Below are positions 29,506-39,101 of a stretch of DNA of 64,000 nucleotides, one piece after another. The notes below the pieces were generated by a model. That model was not told the DNA's origin, made no database searches, and saw nothing but the letters and a program-made list of their open reading frames with translations. The DNA comes from Chitinophagales bacterium (lineage in GTDB: Bacteria > Bacteroidota > Bacteroidia > Chitinophagales > JABDMM01): positions 8,845 through 72,844 of the forward strand of contig JABDMM010000123.1 in assembly GCA_013001465.1 (NCBI GenBank), written 5' to 3'. Each line of letters opens with the position of its first letter. Position 1 is the first letter of the stretch. The translations under genes and the position numbers were made by a program.

Positions 29506-31718
29506 TCAATTCTGTTTACAGATAAGACCCCATCGAGTGCTTTTAGTTTCTCAATGAGATCATCCAATTGACTGGTGTCGTTAACATATACAAAGATATC
29601 TCCTTCAAAGATACCATCTTTACTATCCAGAGACATCGAACGCATATTTACCTTTAACTGGCCTGAAATGATGTTGGTGATCTTATTTATAACTCCCACA
29701 TCATCCAATCCGTTTATCTTTAAACCTGTTAAGAAAGCAATCTCATGTTCGTAGTTCCACTTTGTTTCAACAACTCGATATCCATATTTTGACATCATCT
29801 GTGATGCATTCGGGCAATTGGTCCTATGGATCTTTACTCCTTCGTTGATAGTGATGAATCCAAATACATCGTCTCCCGGAATAGGATTACAGCAATTTGC
29901 AAATTTGTAATCGATAGTGTCGCCCATTTCTCCCATGATCTGCAGCTCAGCATCTTTTCTAAGTTGATTTCCCACCTGACGATCTGTGAGCTCGGTTTTA
30001 CTCATCGGAGACTCTGCTTTTGGGGTTCTGATCTTGTTTCCTATGATCTCAAACTCCTTGAACTCGCTTGTCGATATTTGCTTTTTTGCTATCCTGTAAA
30101 AGAGTTCCAGCTGGTTGTCAACTTTATAATAATTGACAAGGGCATTAATGTTAGACACATTATATTCAACTTTTAACTGTTTGAATTTTCTTTGAACCAT
30201 CGCTCTACCATCTTCCGCAACTTTACGTTTTTCTTCTTTTAAAGACTGTTTTATACTCGTTCGTGCTTTTGCGGTGACTACATAGTTCAACCAATCATCA
30301 TTAGGTCGTTGTTTATTAGATGTCAGGATCTCTATCTGGTCTCCATTTTCAAGCTCATAACTCAGAGGAACAAGTTTGTGGTTCACTTTTGCACCAATAC
30401 ATTTCTGACCTATTTCGCTATGAATTTCAAATGCAAAATCCAGAGCGGTGGCACCCTTTCTCAATCTTCGCAGATCGCCCTTTGGCGTAAAACAAAATAC
30501 CTCATCACTGAAGAGATCCAGTTTGACGTCGTTTAGGAAGTCTAATGCGTTTGAGTCAGGACTGTTCAGAATAGCTTGAATTCTCTGCAACCAATGATCC
30601 AAAGCCGATTCTTCAGACTCTGTATCATCTTTGTATTTCCAGTGGGCCGCAACACCACGTTCTGCAATTTCATGCATTCTTCTGGACCTGATCTGGACTT
30701 CAACCCAACGACCATTCGGGCCCATTACTGTCGTATGTAGTGCTTCGTATCCATTCGCTTTTGGATTTGAAACCCAGTCTCTGAGTCTGTTTGAATTTGG
30801 AATATAAACATCGGTCACAGAGGAATAAACGTCCCAGCAAACGCTCTTTTCCTGATCTTTTTCAACGTCGACAATGATCCTGATAGCAAAGAGATCGTAA
30901 ACCTGCTCGAACTCCACATTTTTCTTCTTCATTTTATTCCAGATCGAAAAGATCGACTTTGGACGACCTAAGATCTCATAGTTTATTTTCTTCTGCTCCA
31001 AAATTACTTTGAGCGGTTTTACAAACTCATTGATGAACCTGTTTCTATCTCTTTTAGTCTGGTTCAGCTTGGTTGCAATGCTTTTGTACTTATCAGCCTC
31101 CATAAATTTCATGGAGAGATCTTCGAGCTCTGTTTTAATTGCATAAAGCCCCATCCGGTGGGCCAGTGGAGCGTAGAGGAAAGAAGTTTCAGAAGCTATC
31201 TTTAACTGCTTTTGCCTCGGCATGGCTTCTAACGTACGCATATTGTGGAGACGATCTGCCATTTTGATCAAGATCACCCGAATATCATCTGTAAGCGTTA
31301 AAAGCAATTTTCTAAAATTCTCCGCTTGTATTGAATTTGTTAATGTAAATACACTGGAGATCTTTGTGAGACCATCGATGATCTTAGCTGTAGGTTTGTT
31401 GAAGGACCTTTCAATATCTTCAAGAGTTAGCTCCGTATCTTCAACAACATCGTGAAGTAAAGCACAAATAACCGATGTGACATCTAAACCGATCTCTCCG
31501 GCAACAATTTGTGCCACAGCGATTGGATGGAGAATATAAGGTTCTCCTGATTTTCGGCGCATATCCTTGTGGGCGTCCATCGCCATCTCAAAAGCCAGAC
31601 GAATATTTTCCTTATCGCCTTTTCCCATTTGAGGCTTGATAGCACGTAACATCGAACGGTAAGCTTTGAGTATCTGCTTACGTTCCAGTTCTGCATTTAT
31701 TAACTGTGTTACGCCCAT
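29502..31718 (-). CDS. relA: bifunctional (p)ppGpp synthetase/hydrolase (RelA/SpoT homologue)
   Basis: 738 aa. HD hydrolase motif (HPIAVAQIV...LLHDVVEDT). Synthetase region (FAIRIIV..., YEALHTTV). TGS and C-terminal ACT-like regions. Confidence 0.95.
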   Translation of the reverse strand: MGVTQLINAELERKQILKAYRSMLRAIKPQMGKGDKENIRLAFEMAMDAHKDMRRKSGEPYILHPIAVAQIVAGEIGLDVTSVICALLHDVVEDTELTLEDIERSFNKPTAKIIDGLTKISSVFTLTNSIQAENFRKLLLTLTDDIRVILIKMADRLHNMRTLEAMPRQKQLKIASETSFLYAPLAHRMGLYAIKTELEDLSMKFMEADKYKSIATKLNQTKRDRNRFINEFVKPLKVILEQKKINYEILGRPKSIFSIWNKMKKKNVEFEQVYDLFAIRIIVDVEKDQEKSVCWDVYSSVTDVYIPNSNRLRDWVSNPKANGYEALHTTVMGPNGRWVEVQIRSRRMHEIAERGVAAHWKYKDDTESEESALDHWLQRIQAILNSPDSNALDFLNDVKLDLFSDEVFCFTPKGDLRRLRKGATALDFAFEIHSEIGQKCIGAKVNHKLVPLSYELENGDQIEILTSNKQRPNDDWLNYVVTAKARTSIKQSLKEEKRKVAEDGRAMVQRKFKQLKVEYNVSNINALVNYYKVDNQLELFYRIAKKQISTSEFKEFEIIGNKIRTPKAESPMSKTELTDRQVGNQLRKDAELQIMGEMGDTIDYKFANCCNPIPGDDVFGFITINEGVKIHRTNCPNASQMMSKYGYRVVETKWNYEHEIAFLTGLKINGLDDVGVINKITNIISGQLKVNMRSMSLDSKDGIFEGDIFVYVNDTSQLDDLIEKLKALDGVLSVNRIE

Positions 31719-31878
31719 TTCAATTTTTCAAGATTCATTTTTTCAAGTTTCAATTCCCACGCCTCACTTTTCACGCAATTATTCAAAAATTCATACTTCA
31801 ACCTTCAAAAATTGAGCCTCACTCCACTTGAATCTATTAAGAAACAAAATTTGCATGAAATTTTCAAGAAAATATAAT

Positions 31879-31886
31879 TAGTTTTG
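31879..31886 (+). promoter_or_regulatory. candidate Bacteroidota -7 promoter box (TAnnTTTG) for tRNA-Leu
   Basis: TAGTTTTG at 31879-31886 lies 11 nt upstream of the mature tRNA 5' end. A TTTG sits at 31850-31853 as a possible -33 element, although its spacing is longer than consensus. Confidence 0.35.
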
Positions 31887-31897
31887 CATGCTTCTTA

Positions 31898-31979
31898 GCG
31901 GATGTGGTGAAATTGGTAGACACGCTAGACTTAGGATCTAGTGCCGCGAGGCTTGGGGGTTCGAGTCCCTCCATCCGCA
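31898..31979 (+). tRNA. tRNA-Leu (anticodon UAG)
   Basis: Hand-folded cloverleaf. Acceptor GCGGATG/CATCCGC. D stem GTG/CAC. Anticodon stem CTAGA/TCTAG with loop CTTAGGA (anticodon TAG). Long variable arm GCC-GCGA-GGC (class II). T loop TTCGAGT. Discriminator A. CCA is not encoded. Confidence 0.85.
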
Positions 31980-32003
31980 CATTTTTCTTAAACCCTCACT
32001 CCC

Positions 32004-33371
32004 ATGCAAATTACACAAGAGAAATTAGGAGATCTCAAAGCACTTGTTAAGATCCAGATCGAAAAGAATGACTACCAGACTAAGGTTGAGAAATCTATAA
32101 AAGATTATAGTCGTAAAGTAACTCTGAAAGGCTTCAGACCAGGGAAGGTCCCTTCCGCTATCGTAAAAAAAATGTATGGTAATCAGATCCTCTTTGATGA
32201 ACTGAATCGGATGTTAAGCGAAGAACTGAACAACTATATTAAAGAAAATGAAATTGATATTCTCGGCAATCCACTTCCTCAGAGAAATGAATCTTTAGTG
32301 ATCGATGTTCTCGAGCCCAAAGATTATGAGTTCGAATATGAACTAGGTCTTGCACCCGACTTTGAGTTATCATTTCTCAAGAAAAAGCCTTCTTTCGAGC
32401 AGTTTAAGATCGTGCCGGACAAAAAAGAACTCGATGAAGAAATTGAAAAATTACAAAAGCGTTTCGGAACTTCTACCAACCCTGATGATATTGAAGAAGA
32501 GGATATCGTTTATGTTCAATTAACAGAAACAGATGAGAACGGAGAGCCTATTGATGACGGAGTTACAAATTCCCCGGCTATTCCTGTGAACATGATCTCT
32601 GATGAGAAAGTGAAGAAACAGTTCATGAAGCTCAAGAAAGATGACGAAATGATGGTCGATATATTTAAATTTATGGATCGGGATAAGTCGGAAATTGCAC
32701 GATTTGTGCTTGGTATCGATGAAGATAAGGTAGATCAGGTCGGAAAAAATTTCAGGTTAAAAGTTGAAAATATAACCAGAATACAACCGGCACCAGTTGA
32801 TAGAGAATTGTTTGATAAAGTATATGGCGAAGGGAAAGTTGAAAATGAGGAAGAATTCAGAAATAAGATCTCTGAGGAATTAGAAAATTATTATCAATCT
32901 CAATCAGAAAGAAAATTAATTGCAGATATCGTTGAGAAGCTGATGGAAAAGACTGAAATCCCATTGCCAGACACGTTTCTAAAGAAGTGGATCCAGGAAA
33001 CAAACGATAAAGAGATCTCTGATGATGAAATTGAAAAAGATTATCCTGCCTTTGCAAAGAACTTGAAATGGAGTTTGATCGTAAATAAAATAGCAGAACA
33101 GAATCAAATTAAAATTGAAGCTGAAGAATTGAAGGAAAGAATGAGGCAAAACGTTCGTAATCAACTGATGCAGTATGGGTATATGGATTTTCCAGACGAT
33201 CAGATGGATGCTTATGTTCAAAATTTATTGAAAGATCAGGAACAAGTTCGGCAAACAAGAGATTTAATACTAGAGGATAAGATCTTCGATCATATTAAGT
33301 CGGAAATTTCGTTAAAGGAAAAAGAGATTTCCGTCGAGAAGTTTAATAAACTTATATCTAAAGAAAAATAA
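32004..33371 (+). CDS. tig: trigger factor
   Basis: 455 aa. N-terminal ribosome-binding region (GFRPGKVP). Acidic and Lys-rich overall. Canonical tig-clpP-clpX synteny. Confidence 0.9.
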   Translation: MQITQEKLGDLKALVKIQIEKNDYQTKVEKSIKDYSRKVTLKGFRPGKVPSAIVKKMYGNQILFDELNRMLSEELNNYIKENEIDILGNPLPQRNESLVIDVLEPKDYEFEYELGLAPDFELSFLKKKPSFEQFKIVPDKKELDEEIEKLQKRFGTSTNPDDIEEEDIVYVQLTETDENGEPIDDGVTNSPAIPVNMISDEKVKKQFMKLKKDDEMMVDIFKFMDRDKSEIARFVLGIDEDKVDQVGKNFRLKVENITRIQPAPVDRELFDKVYGEGKVENEEEFRNKISEELENYYQSQSERKLIADIVEKLMEKTEIPLPDTFLKKWIQETNDKEISDDEIEKDYPAFAKNLKWSLIVNKIAEQNQIKIEAEELKERMRQNVRNQLMQYGYMDFPDDQMDAYVQNLLKDQEQVRQTRDLILEDKIFDHIKSEISLKEKEISVEKFNKLISKEK

Positions 33372-33374
33372 ACA

Positions 33375-34082
33375 ATGGCAAAGCCCGATTTTAAAGAATT
33401 TAGCAAGTATGCAACGCAGCACATGGGAATGAGCAGCATGCATTTAGACAATTATTTTTCTCAACTCAAAATGCCACAGAACCTAACCAGGACTGTAATT
33501 GAGGAACGTCCAACCCGTTTTGCGGAGATCGATGTCTTTTCCAGACTGATCATGGACCGAATTATTTTCCTCGGAACGGATATCAATGACTATATCGCCA
33601 GTATTCTTCAGGCTCAGCTTCTTTTCCTGGAATCGGCTGACGCAAGAAGTGATATTCAGATTTATATAAATTCGCCGGGAGGCTCTGTGTATGCTGGCTT
33701 TGGAATTTATGACACAATGCAGTATATTGCTCCTAATGTCGCAACAATTTGCACAGGTATGGCTGCTTCAATGGCTGCGGTTATCTTATGTGCAGGTGCT
33801 TCAGGAAAAAGAACCGGACTTCCACACAGTAGAGTGATGATTCATCAACCTCTTGGGGGAATCGGCGGTAAAGCAAGCGATGTTGAGATCTCCTATAATG
33901 AGATCGTGAAGATCAAAAGCGAGCTTTATGATATCATCGCTAAACACAGTGGTCAGGATTTCAAAAAAATCGAATCTGATGCTGATAGAGATTACTGGAT
34001 GAAAGCTAATGAAGCTAAAAAATACGGAATGATCGATGAGGTTCTGGAAAGAAATCATGAACCAGTCGAGGAACTAATATAA
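33375..34082 (+). CDS. clpP: ATP-dependent Clp protease proteolytic subunit
   Basis: 235 aa. Active-site Ser context [10 protein letters not shown] and His context [10 protein letters not shown]. Confidence 0.95.
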   Translation: MAKPDFKEFSKYATQHMGMSSMHLDNYFSQLKMPQNLTRTVIEERPTRFAEIDVFSRLIMDRIIFLGTDINDYIASILQAQLLFLESADARSDIQIYINSPGGSVYAGFGIYDTMQYIAPNVATICTGMAASMAAVILCAGASGKRTGLPHSRVMIHQPLGGIGGKASDVEISYNEIVKIKSELYDIIAKHSGQDFKKIESDADRDYWMKANEAKKYGMIDEVLERNHEPVEELI

Positions 34083-34095
34083 ATCACGGAGTATA

Positions 34096-35328
34096 ATGCG
34101 TGGAGAAAAAGATCAATCTTGCTCGTTTTGTGGGCGGAAGAAAAAGGAAACCAGTATCCTGATTGCAGGAATTGATGGTTATATATGCGAGAACTGCGTT
34201 TCTCAGGCTCAGCAAATTATCGATGAAGAACTTTTTCAGAATTCGAATAGCTTTCAGTTTAAACTTCCTTCTTCTGTTAAGCCAAAGGATATAAATAATT
34301 TCCTCGATCAGTATGTCATCGGGCAGGTCGATGCTAAAAAAATTATCTCCGTTGCTGTTTACAATCACTATAAAAGGCTAAATCAAAAGAGTGAGGATGA
34401 TGTCGAAATTGAAAAGTCGAATATCATTATGGTCGGTAAAACAGGTACCGGTAAAACGTTACTTGCTAAGACGATCGCCAAATTCCTAAATGTACCTTTT
34501 ACCATTGTCGATGCTACAGTTTTTACCGAGGCAGGCTACGTCGGAGAAGATGTAGAAAGCATACTCTCCAGATTGCTTCAGGTTTGTAACTACGATGTCC
34601 AGGCTGCTGAAAAAGGTATTATATACATCGATGAGATCGATAAGATCTCAAGAAAGAGTGATAATCCTTCCATTACACGTGATGTCTCAGGTGAAGGTGT
34701 ACAACAAGCTTTGCTTAAACTTCTAGAGGGTTCAGAGGTCTACGTTCCACCGCAAGGCGGACGAAAACATCCTGAGCAGAAAATGGTGAAAATAGACACG
34801 ACAAATATTCTGTTCATTTGTGGTGGCGCTTTTGATGGTATTGAAAAAATGATCGCCGGTCGTTTGAAAACATCCGTGATCGGATTCTCAAAATCCGGAG
34901 AGAAGGATAGAATAGATACTGACAATTACCTGCAATATATCAGTCCGAGAGATTTGAAATCATTTGGACTTATTCCTGAATTGATCGGTAGGTTACCGGT
35001 ACTCACTTATCTTGAACCTCTTGACGAGGAAGCATTGAGAAATATCCTTACAGAACCACGTAATGCATTAATTAAGCAATATAAGAAGATGTTCAGTTTT
35101 GAAGGAATCGAACTTGATTTTACTGAAGATGCGATCGACTTTATTGTTGAAAAGGCTATCGAATATAATCTCGGCGCAAGAGGTCTTAGGTCAATTTGTG
35201 AAGCTATCGTAACGGATGCAATGTATGAGTTACCATCCAAACAAAATGTTAAATCCCATTCGATTACTGCCGAATATGCTAAAGAAAAACTGAGCAAATC
35301 TCGCATCAGCAAACTTAGAGCTGCATAG
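34096..35328 (+). CDS. clpX: ATP-dependent Clp protease ATP-binding subunit ClpX
   Basis: 410 aa. N-terminal zinc finger CSFCGRKK...CENC. Walker A GKTGTGKT. Walker [10 protein letters not shown]. Confidence 0.95.
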   Translation: MRGEKDQSCSFCGRKKKETSILIAGIDGYICENCVSQAQQIIDEELFQNSNSFQFKLPSSVKPKDINNFLDQYVIGQVDAKKIISVAVYNHYKRLNQKSEDDVEIEKSNIIMVGKTGTGKTLLAKTIAKFLNVPFTIVDATVFTEAGYVGEDVESILSRLLQVCNYDVQAAEKGIIYIDEIDKISRKSDNPSITRDVSGEGVQQALLKLLEGSEVYVPPQGGRKHPEQKMVKIDTTNILFICGGAFDGIEKMIAGRLKTSVIGFSKSGEKDRIDTDNYLQYISPRDLKSFGLIPELIGRLPVLTYLEPLDEEALRNILTEPRNALIKQYKKMFSFEGIELDFTEDAIDFIVEKAIEYNLGARGLRSICEAIVTDAMYELPSKQNVKSHSITAEYAKEKLSKSRISKLRAA

Positions 35329-35329
35329 A

Positions 35330-35776
35330 CTAGATCATAATTCCAATTCCTTTCGCCATTATTACTGCAGTTAGTGGTATTAATGCAAGTATTATCAATT
35401 CAACCAGAATAAAACTCTGAATACTATTTGGAACATCGATTTTCCCACCGGGCATTATCTTTCTTTTGTTTCGACCAATCCATATGGTAGGTCGTATCGA
35501 TAACAATCCAACAATGATAAACAACGTGATCTTGATCATGAAAATGTAGTTCTTGCTATAAGTTGCTGCAGGTTTGCCAATAAAAAACCATAATGTAAGA
35601 CCGGCAATCAATAAAACCACGGCACTCATTCCATATATCATATCAACTTTCGATAGCAATTTGATCCTTTCGTGATCGATCTTTCCTCTTAATAAAACAA
35701 ACTCGATAGAGACCGTTGCAATAATCACAAAGATTGCGATGAAGTGAATGTATTTAACAATGATCTCAGCTGTCAT
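35330..35776 (-). CDS. small integral membrane protein (4 TM, DUF2214-like)
   Basis: 148 aa, four hydrophobic helices. The family assignment is from memory only. Confidence 0.45.
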   Translation of the reverse strand: MTAEIIVKYIHFIAIFVIIATVSIEFVLLRGKIDHERIKLLSKVDMIYGMSAVVLLIAGLTLWFFIGKPAATYSKNYIFMIKITLFIIVGLLSIRPTIWIGRNKRKIMPGGKIDVPNSIQSFILVELIILALIPLTAVIMAKGIGIMI

Positions 35777-35830
35777 GCTCGTCTATTGTTTATGAGTCAT
35801 AAATATAAACGGAATGTTTTAAATTAGAAT

Positions 35831-36787
35831 ATGGAAACTCTATCTCTGCGACGATATTTGCTAGTATTTTTTCTGTTATTATTGGTTTTTCCTATCAATG
35901 TATTTGCCCAGAAGGCTTTTCACAAGAATGGATTCAATTTGGGGAACCTCTCTGTTCCAATCGAAGAAATTTTAAAAGGTGGCCCTCCTAAAGATGGTAT
36001 TCCTTCGATTGACAATCCACAGTTTATCGAACCTCATGAGGCTTATTATATAAAAGATGATGATAGGGTGATCGGTGTTGAGATCAATGGTGTCGCAAGA
36101 GCTTACCCGATAAATATTATGGATTACCATGAGATCGTGAATGATTCTTTCCCGGATAGCTCTGTATGCGTTACTTATTGTCCTTTATGCGGAAGTGGAA
36201 TGGTGTTCGCATCTGTTTTTGATGGTAAACACCATGATTTTGGCGTGTCCGGGTTAGTCTATTACTCCGATGTTCTCTTGTATGATAAGCAAACAGAATC
36301 CTTATGGTGTCAGCTTTCAATGAAAGCTATTTCAGGGGTAGAAAAGGGAAAAGAGCTTCAACTTATCTACAGTGAGCATACAACCTGGGGAGATTGGAAA
36401 AGGAGACATTCAAATACTGTTGTCTTAAGCAACGAGACGGGTTATAAACGAGACTATTTCAAACATCATTACGAAGAGTACGAGAAAAGCGAAGAGCTGG
36501 CTTTCCCGGTTAAATATACCAATGACAGCTACTTTGCCAAAGAGTGGGTGTTTGGCATTGATTATAATGGGATTCAGAGAGCCTACCCGGCAAGTGAGTT
36601 AACTGAAGCCGAAGATAAATTTGCAGATTCTTTTGGCGATCAGGAATTGATCATTACTTATAACAAAAAGGATAACTTCGTTGAGGTGTTCGATTACCAA
36701 GGAAAACATGTCAATATTCAGCGGATGTTCTGGTTTGCATGGTTTACTTTTCATCCAGATACCGAAATATTTACTGTTAACAAATAG
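35831..36787 (+). CDS. DUF3179 domain protein (secreted)
   Basis: 318 aa with a signal peptide. Hallmark GGPPKDGIPSIDNPQF and CPLCGSG motifs. Confidence 0.75.
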   Translation: METLSLRRYLLVFFLLLLVFPINVFAQKAFHKNGFNLGNLSVPIEEILKGGPPKDGIPSIDNPQFIEPHEAYYIKDDDRVIGVEINGVARAYPINIMDYHEIVNDSFPDSSVCVTYCPLCGSGMVFASVFDGKHHDFGVSGLVYYSDVLLYDKQTESLWCQLSMKAISGVEKGKELQLIYSEHTTWGDWKRRHSNTVVLSNETGYKRDYFKHHYEEYEKSEELAFPVKYTNDSYFAKEWVFGIDYNGIQRAYPASELTEAEDKFADSFGDQELIITYNKKDNFVEVFDYQGKHVNIQRMFWFAWFTFHPDTEIFTVNK

Positions 36788-36842
36788 ATCTTGTCATTAA
36801 CAAATCAAGTAATTAATCGTAATAATATATCATATATTTAAA

Positions 36843-39101
36843 ATGAGATTGTTGTACATATTATGTTTATTACTGTCTGTTAATCTAAGGAGCTTTGCTC
36901 AGCAACCCTTCTTCCCGTCTGATAGTTTAATATTTGATGATCAGGTTGTTTCGGAAGTACAGATCTGGATCGACCAACAGTCATTGGATGCTATCTTGAG
37001 TGATGTTCATAGCGATGTTGAATACCCTGCAACTTTTGTTTTTATTCATCCATCTTTTTCAGATACCATAGTGGATGTTGGATTCAGATTGCGTGGTAAT
37101 ACTAGCAGAGTCTCTGCTAAGAAAAGCTGGAAGATTAGCATGAATACCTTCTTACCCGGAAGGAAATTTATGGGTCTTGAGAAACTTAATATCAATGGTG
37201 AACATAATGATCCCACAGTAATGAGATCGAAATTGTGCTGGGACTTATGCAGAGAGATGCAAATCCCTGCACCGAGATCAAATCATGTTGCTCTTTATAT
37301 CAATGGCCATTATCGGGGAATTCATATTAATGTTGAACATATCGATGAAGAATTTGTAAGAAGCAGGTTTGGGAATCGATCTGGAAATCTATATAAATGC
37401 TACTGGGGTAGCGACCTAACTTACATCGATGATAATCCAGCTAGCTATATGGACAAAAGCTATGAGTTGAAGACGAATACCGATGAAAATGACTTCTCTG
37501 ATCTTGCCGAGTTTATAAAAGTGTTGAACAAATCTTCGCTTTCCACCAGAGCCTGTGAACTCCGGGAGGTTTTTAATGTCGACGACTATCTTCGTTCTAT
37601 GGCGATGGATATTCTCACTGGTAACTGGGATGGTCCACTTATCAATAAAAATAATTTTTACCTCTATCATAATTCAAGTACAGATCAGTTCGAGTACATT
37701 CCATATGATCTGGACAATACCTTTGGTATCGATTGGCTCGGTCAGGATTGGGGTACACGAAGTGTCTATGATTGGACCAGCGATCCAAACAGACCTCTCT
37801 TCACCAAACTAATGGATATACAAGAATTCAGAGATCTGTTGAGTTACTATATGGACGAGATAATATCTACCTACTTCAACTCATCTACTCTGGATCCAAA
37901 AATCGACAATACTGCACAAATGATTAGACCATTTGTTGCAGCAGATTCTTTTTATTCTAAAGACTATGGTTATACGATCACGGATTTTGATCTAAGCCTA
38001 AATGTTGGTTTACCAGGTGGTTCATTTCATGATGATGATTATGGTTTGAAAAGCTATGTCTCAACTCGTTCCTCAACAGCTTCTTCAGAGTTAGTTACCA
38101 ATCCACTTAAGACCGTCGTACACTATCTGGATCATGACTTTGAGTTTGATGAGCAAAGACTTTACATCACAGCGAGTATTTGGGATGATGTATCGGTATC
38201 CAATCCCAAACTTGAATACTTTATAGATAGTGGATCTCCATCTACCACCAATCTTTTGGATGATGGACTTCATAAAGATGGGAAATCCGGTGATGGTAGA
38301 TATGGAAATTATATTTCTCTTCCTCTGGATTTTGAAAGTATATCCTTTCGGATAACTGCAGAGAATTCCGGTGGACCGCTCACTGTTTATCCTTGCGATT
38401 ACAAGACGATCTCCTACAGCGAAAGCCCGGTAAAATTGTTTGTCAACGAGATCATGGCGCTTAATGAAACCACCATTGCGGACGAAGTGGGTGAATTCGA
38501 TGATTGGATCGAAATATATAATGGAGGCACAAACCCAGTTTTTCTTGGCGATAAATTTTTAACCGATAACAAAAGCAATCGTGACAAATGGCAAATGCCT
38601 GCTATTACAATTGACCCTGGAGAATTTTTAGTTTTCTGGGCAGACGAAAACGGTGCACAAGGTGAAATGCATGCGAACTTTAAACTTAGCAGTCAGGGTG
38701 AATATATCGGGATTTTTGACAATAGCGAAAGCGATTTTGCAGTCATCGATGAGTATTTCTATGGTCCTCAAACTACAGACGTAAGCTATGGCTATACTGT
38801 CGATGGATTTGGAAGTCCGGAAAAACTACCACAACCAACTCCGGGTAGATCAAACAACCCTCCGGAATCAGGAAATATCGTCTTATACCCTAATCCTACA
38901 AGTGGTTCGATCAATATCGAAGGGGCTTCTATCGATAGAATGAAATTGATATCTACCGATGGGAAACTGATCTTTGATGAAGCACTTTCTTCTGTTTCAG
39001 AGTTACAACTGCCGGGGGCTGTTCCTAATGGAGTATATATCCTTGAAATAAAAACCAGTAATGATCAGACTTTGCAAAAGTCAATTGTCATAATGAGATG
39101 A
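36843..39101 (+). CDS. CotH-family kinase-like protein with lamin-tail domain and type-A T9SS C-terminal domain
   Basis: 752 aa with a signal peptide. CotH-like core (LRGNTSR..., KLNINGEHNDPTVMRSKL, NFYLYHN...PYDLDNTFG). LTD-like VNEIMALNE...DDWIEIYNGG...FLTDN. C-terminal IVLYPNPTSGSINIE...GVYILEIKT. Confidence 0.8.
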   Translation: MRLLYILCLLLSVNLRSFAQQPFFPSDSLIFDDQVVSEVQIWIDQQSLDAILSDVHSDVEYPATFVFIHPSFSDTIVDVGFRLRGNTSRVSAKKSWKISMNTFLPGRKFMGLEKLNINGEHNDPTVMRSKLCWDLCREMQIPAPRSNHVALYINGHYRGIHINVEHIDEEFVRSRFGNRSGNLYKCYWGSDLTYIDDNPASYMDKSYELKTNTDENDFSDLAEFIKVLNKSSLSTRACELREVFNVDDYLRSMAMDILTGNWDGPLINKNNFYLYHNSSTDQFEYIPYDLDNTFGIDWLGQDWGTRSVYDWTSDPNRPLFTKLMDIQEFRDLLSYYMDEIISTYFNSSTLDPKIDNTAQMIRPFVAADSFYSKDYGYTITDFDLSLNVGLPGGSFHDDDYGLKSYVSTRSSTASSELVTNPLKTVVHYLDHDFEFDEQRLYITASIWDDVSVSNPKLEYFIDSGSPSTTNLLDDGLHKDGKSGDGRYGNYISLPLDFESISFRITAENSGGPLTVYPCDYKTISYSESPVKLFVNEIMALNETTIADEVGEFDDWIEIYNGGTNPVFLGDKFLTDNKSNRDKWQMPAITIDPGEFLVFWADENGAQGEMHANFKLSSQGEYIGIFDNSESDFAVIDEYFYGPQTTDVSYGYTVDGFGSPEKLPQPTPGRSNNPPESGNIVLYPNPTSGSINIEGASIDRMKLISTDGKLIFDEALSSVSELQLPGAVPNGVYILEIKTSNDQTLQKSIVIMR

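Noticed and set aside
31723-31752. Tandem ATTTTTCAAG(A/T)TTCA motif just upstream of the relA/spoT start
   Set aside because: There are only two short copies in an A/T-rich leader, consistent with the A-rich untranslated leaders typical of Bacteroidota. There is not enough information to call a regulatory site.
31898-31979. tRNA-Leu as a possible integration site for a genomic island
   Set aside because: There is no integrase, no direct repeat of the tRNA 3' end, and no compositional break nearby. The flanking genes (relA/spoT, tig-clpP-clpX) are core housekeeping genes.
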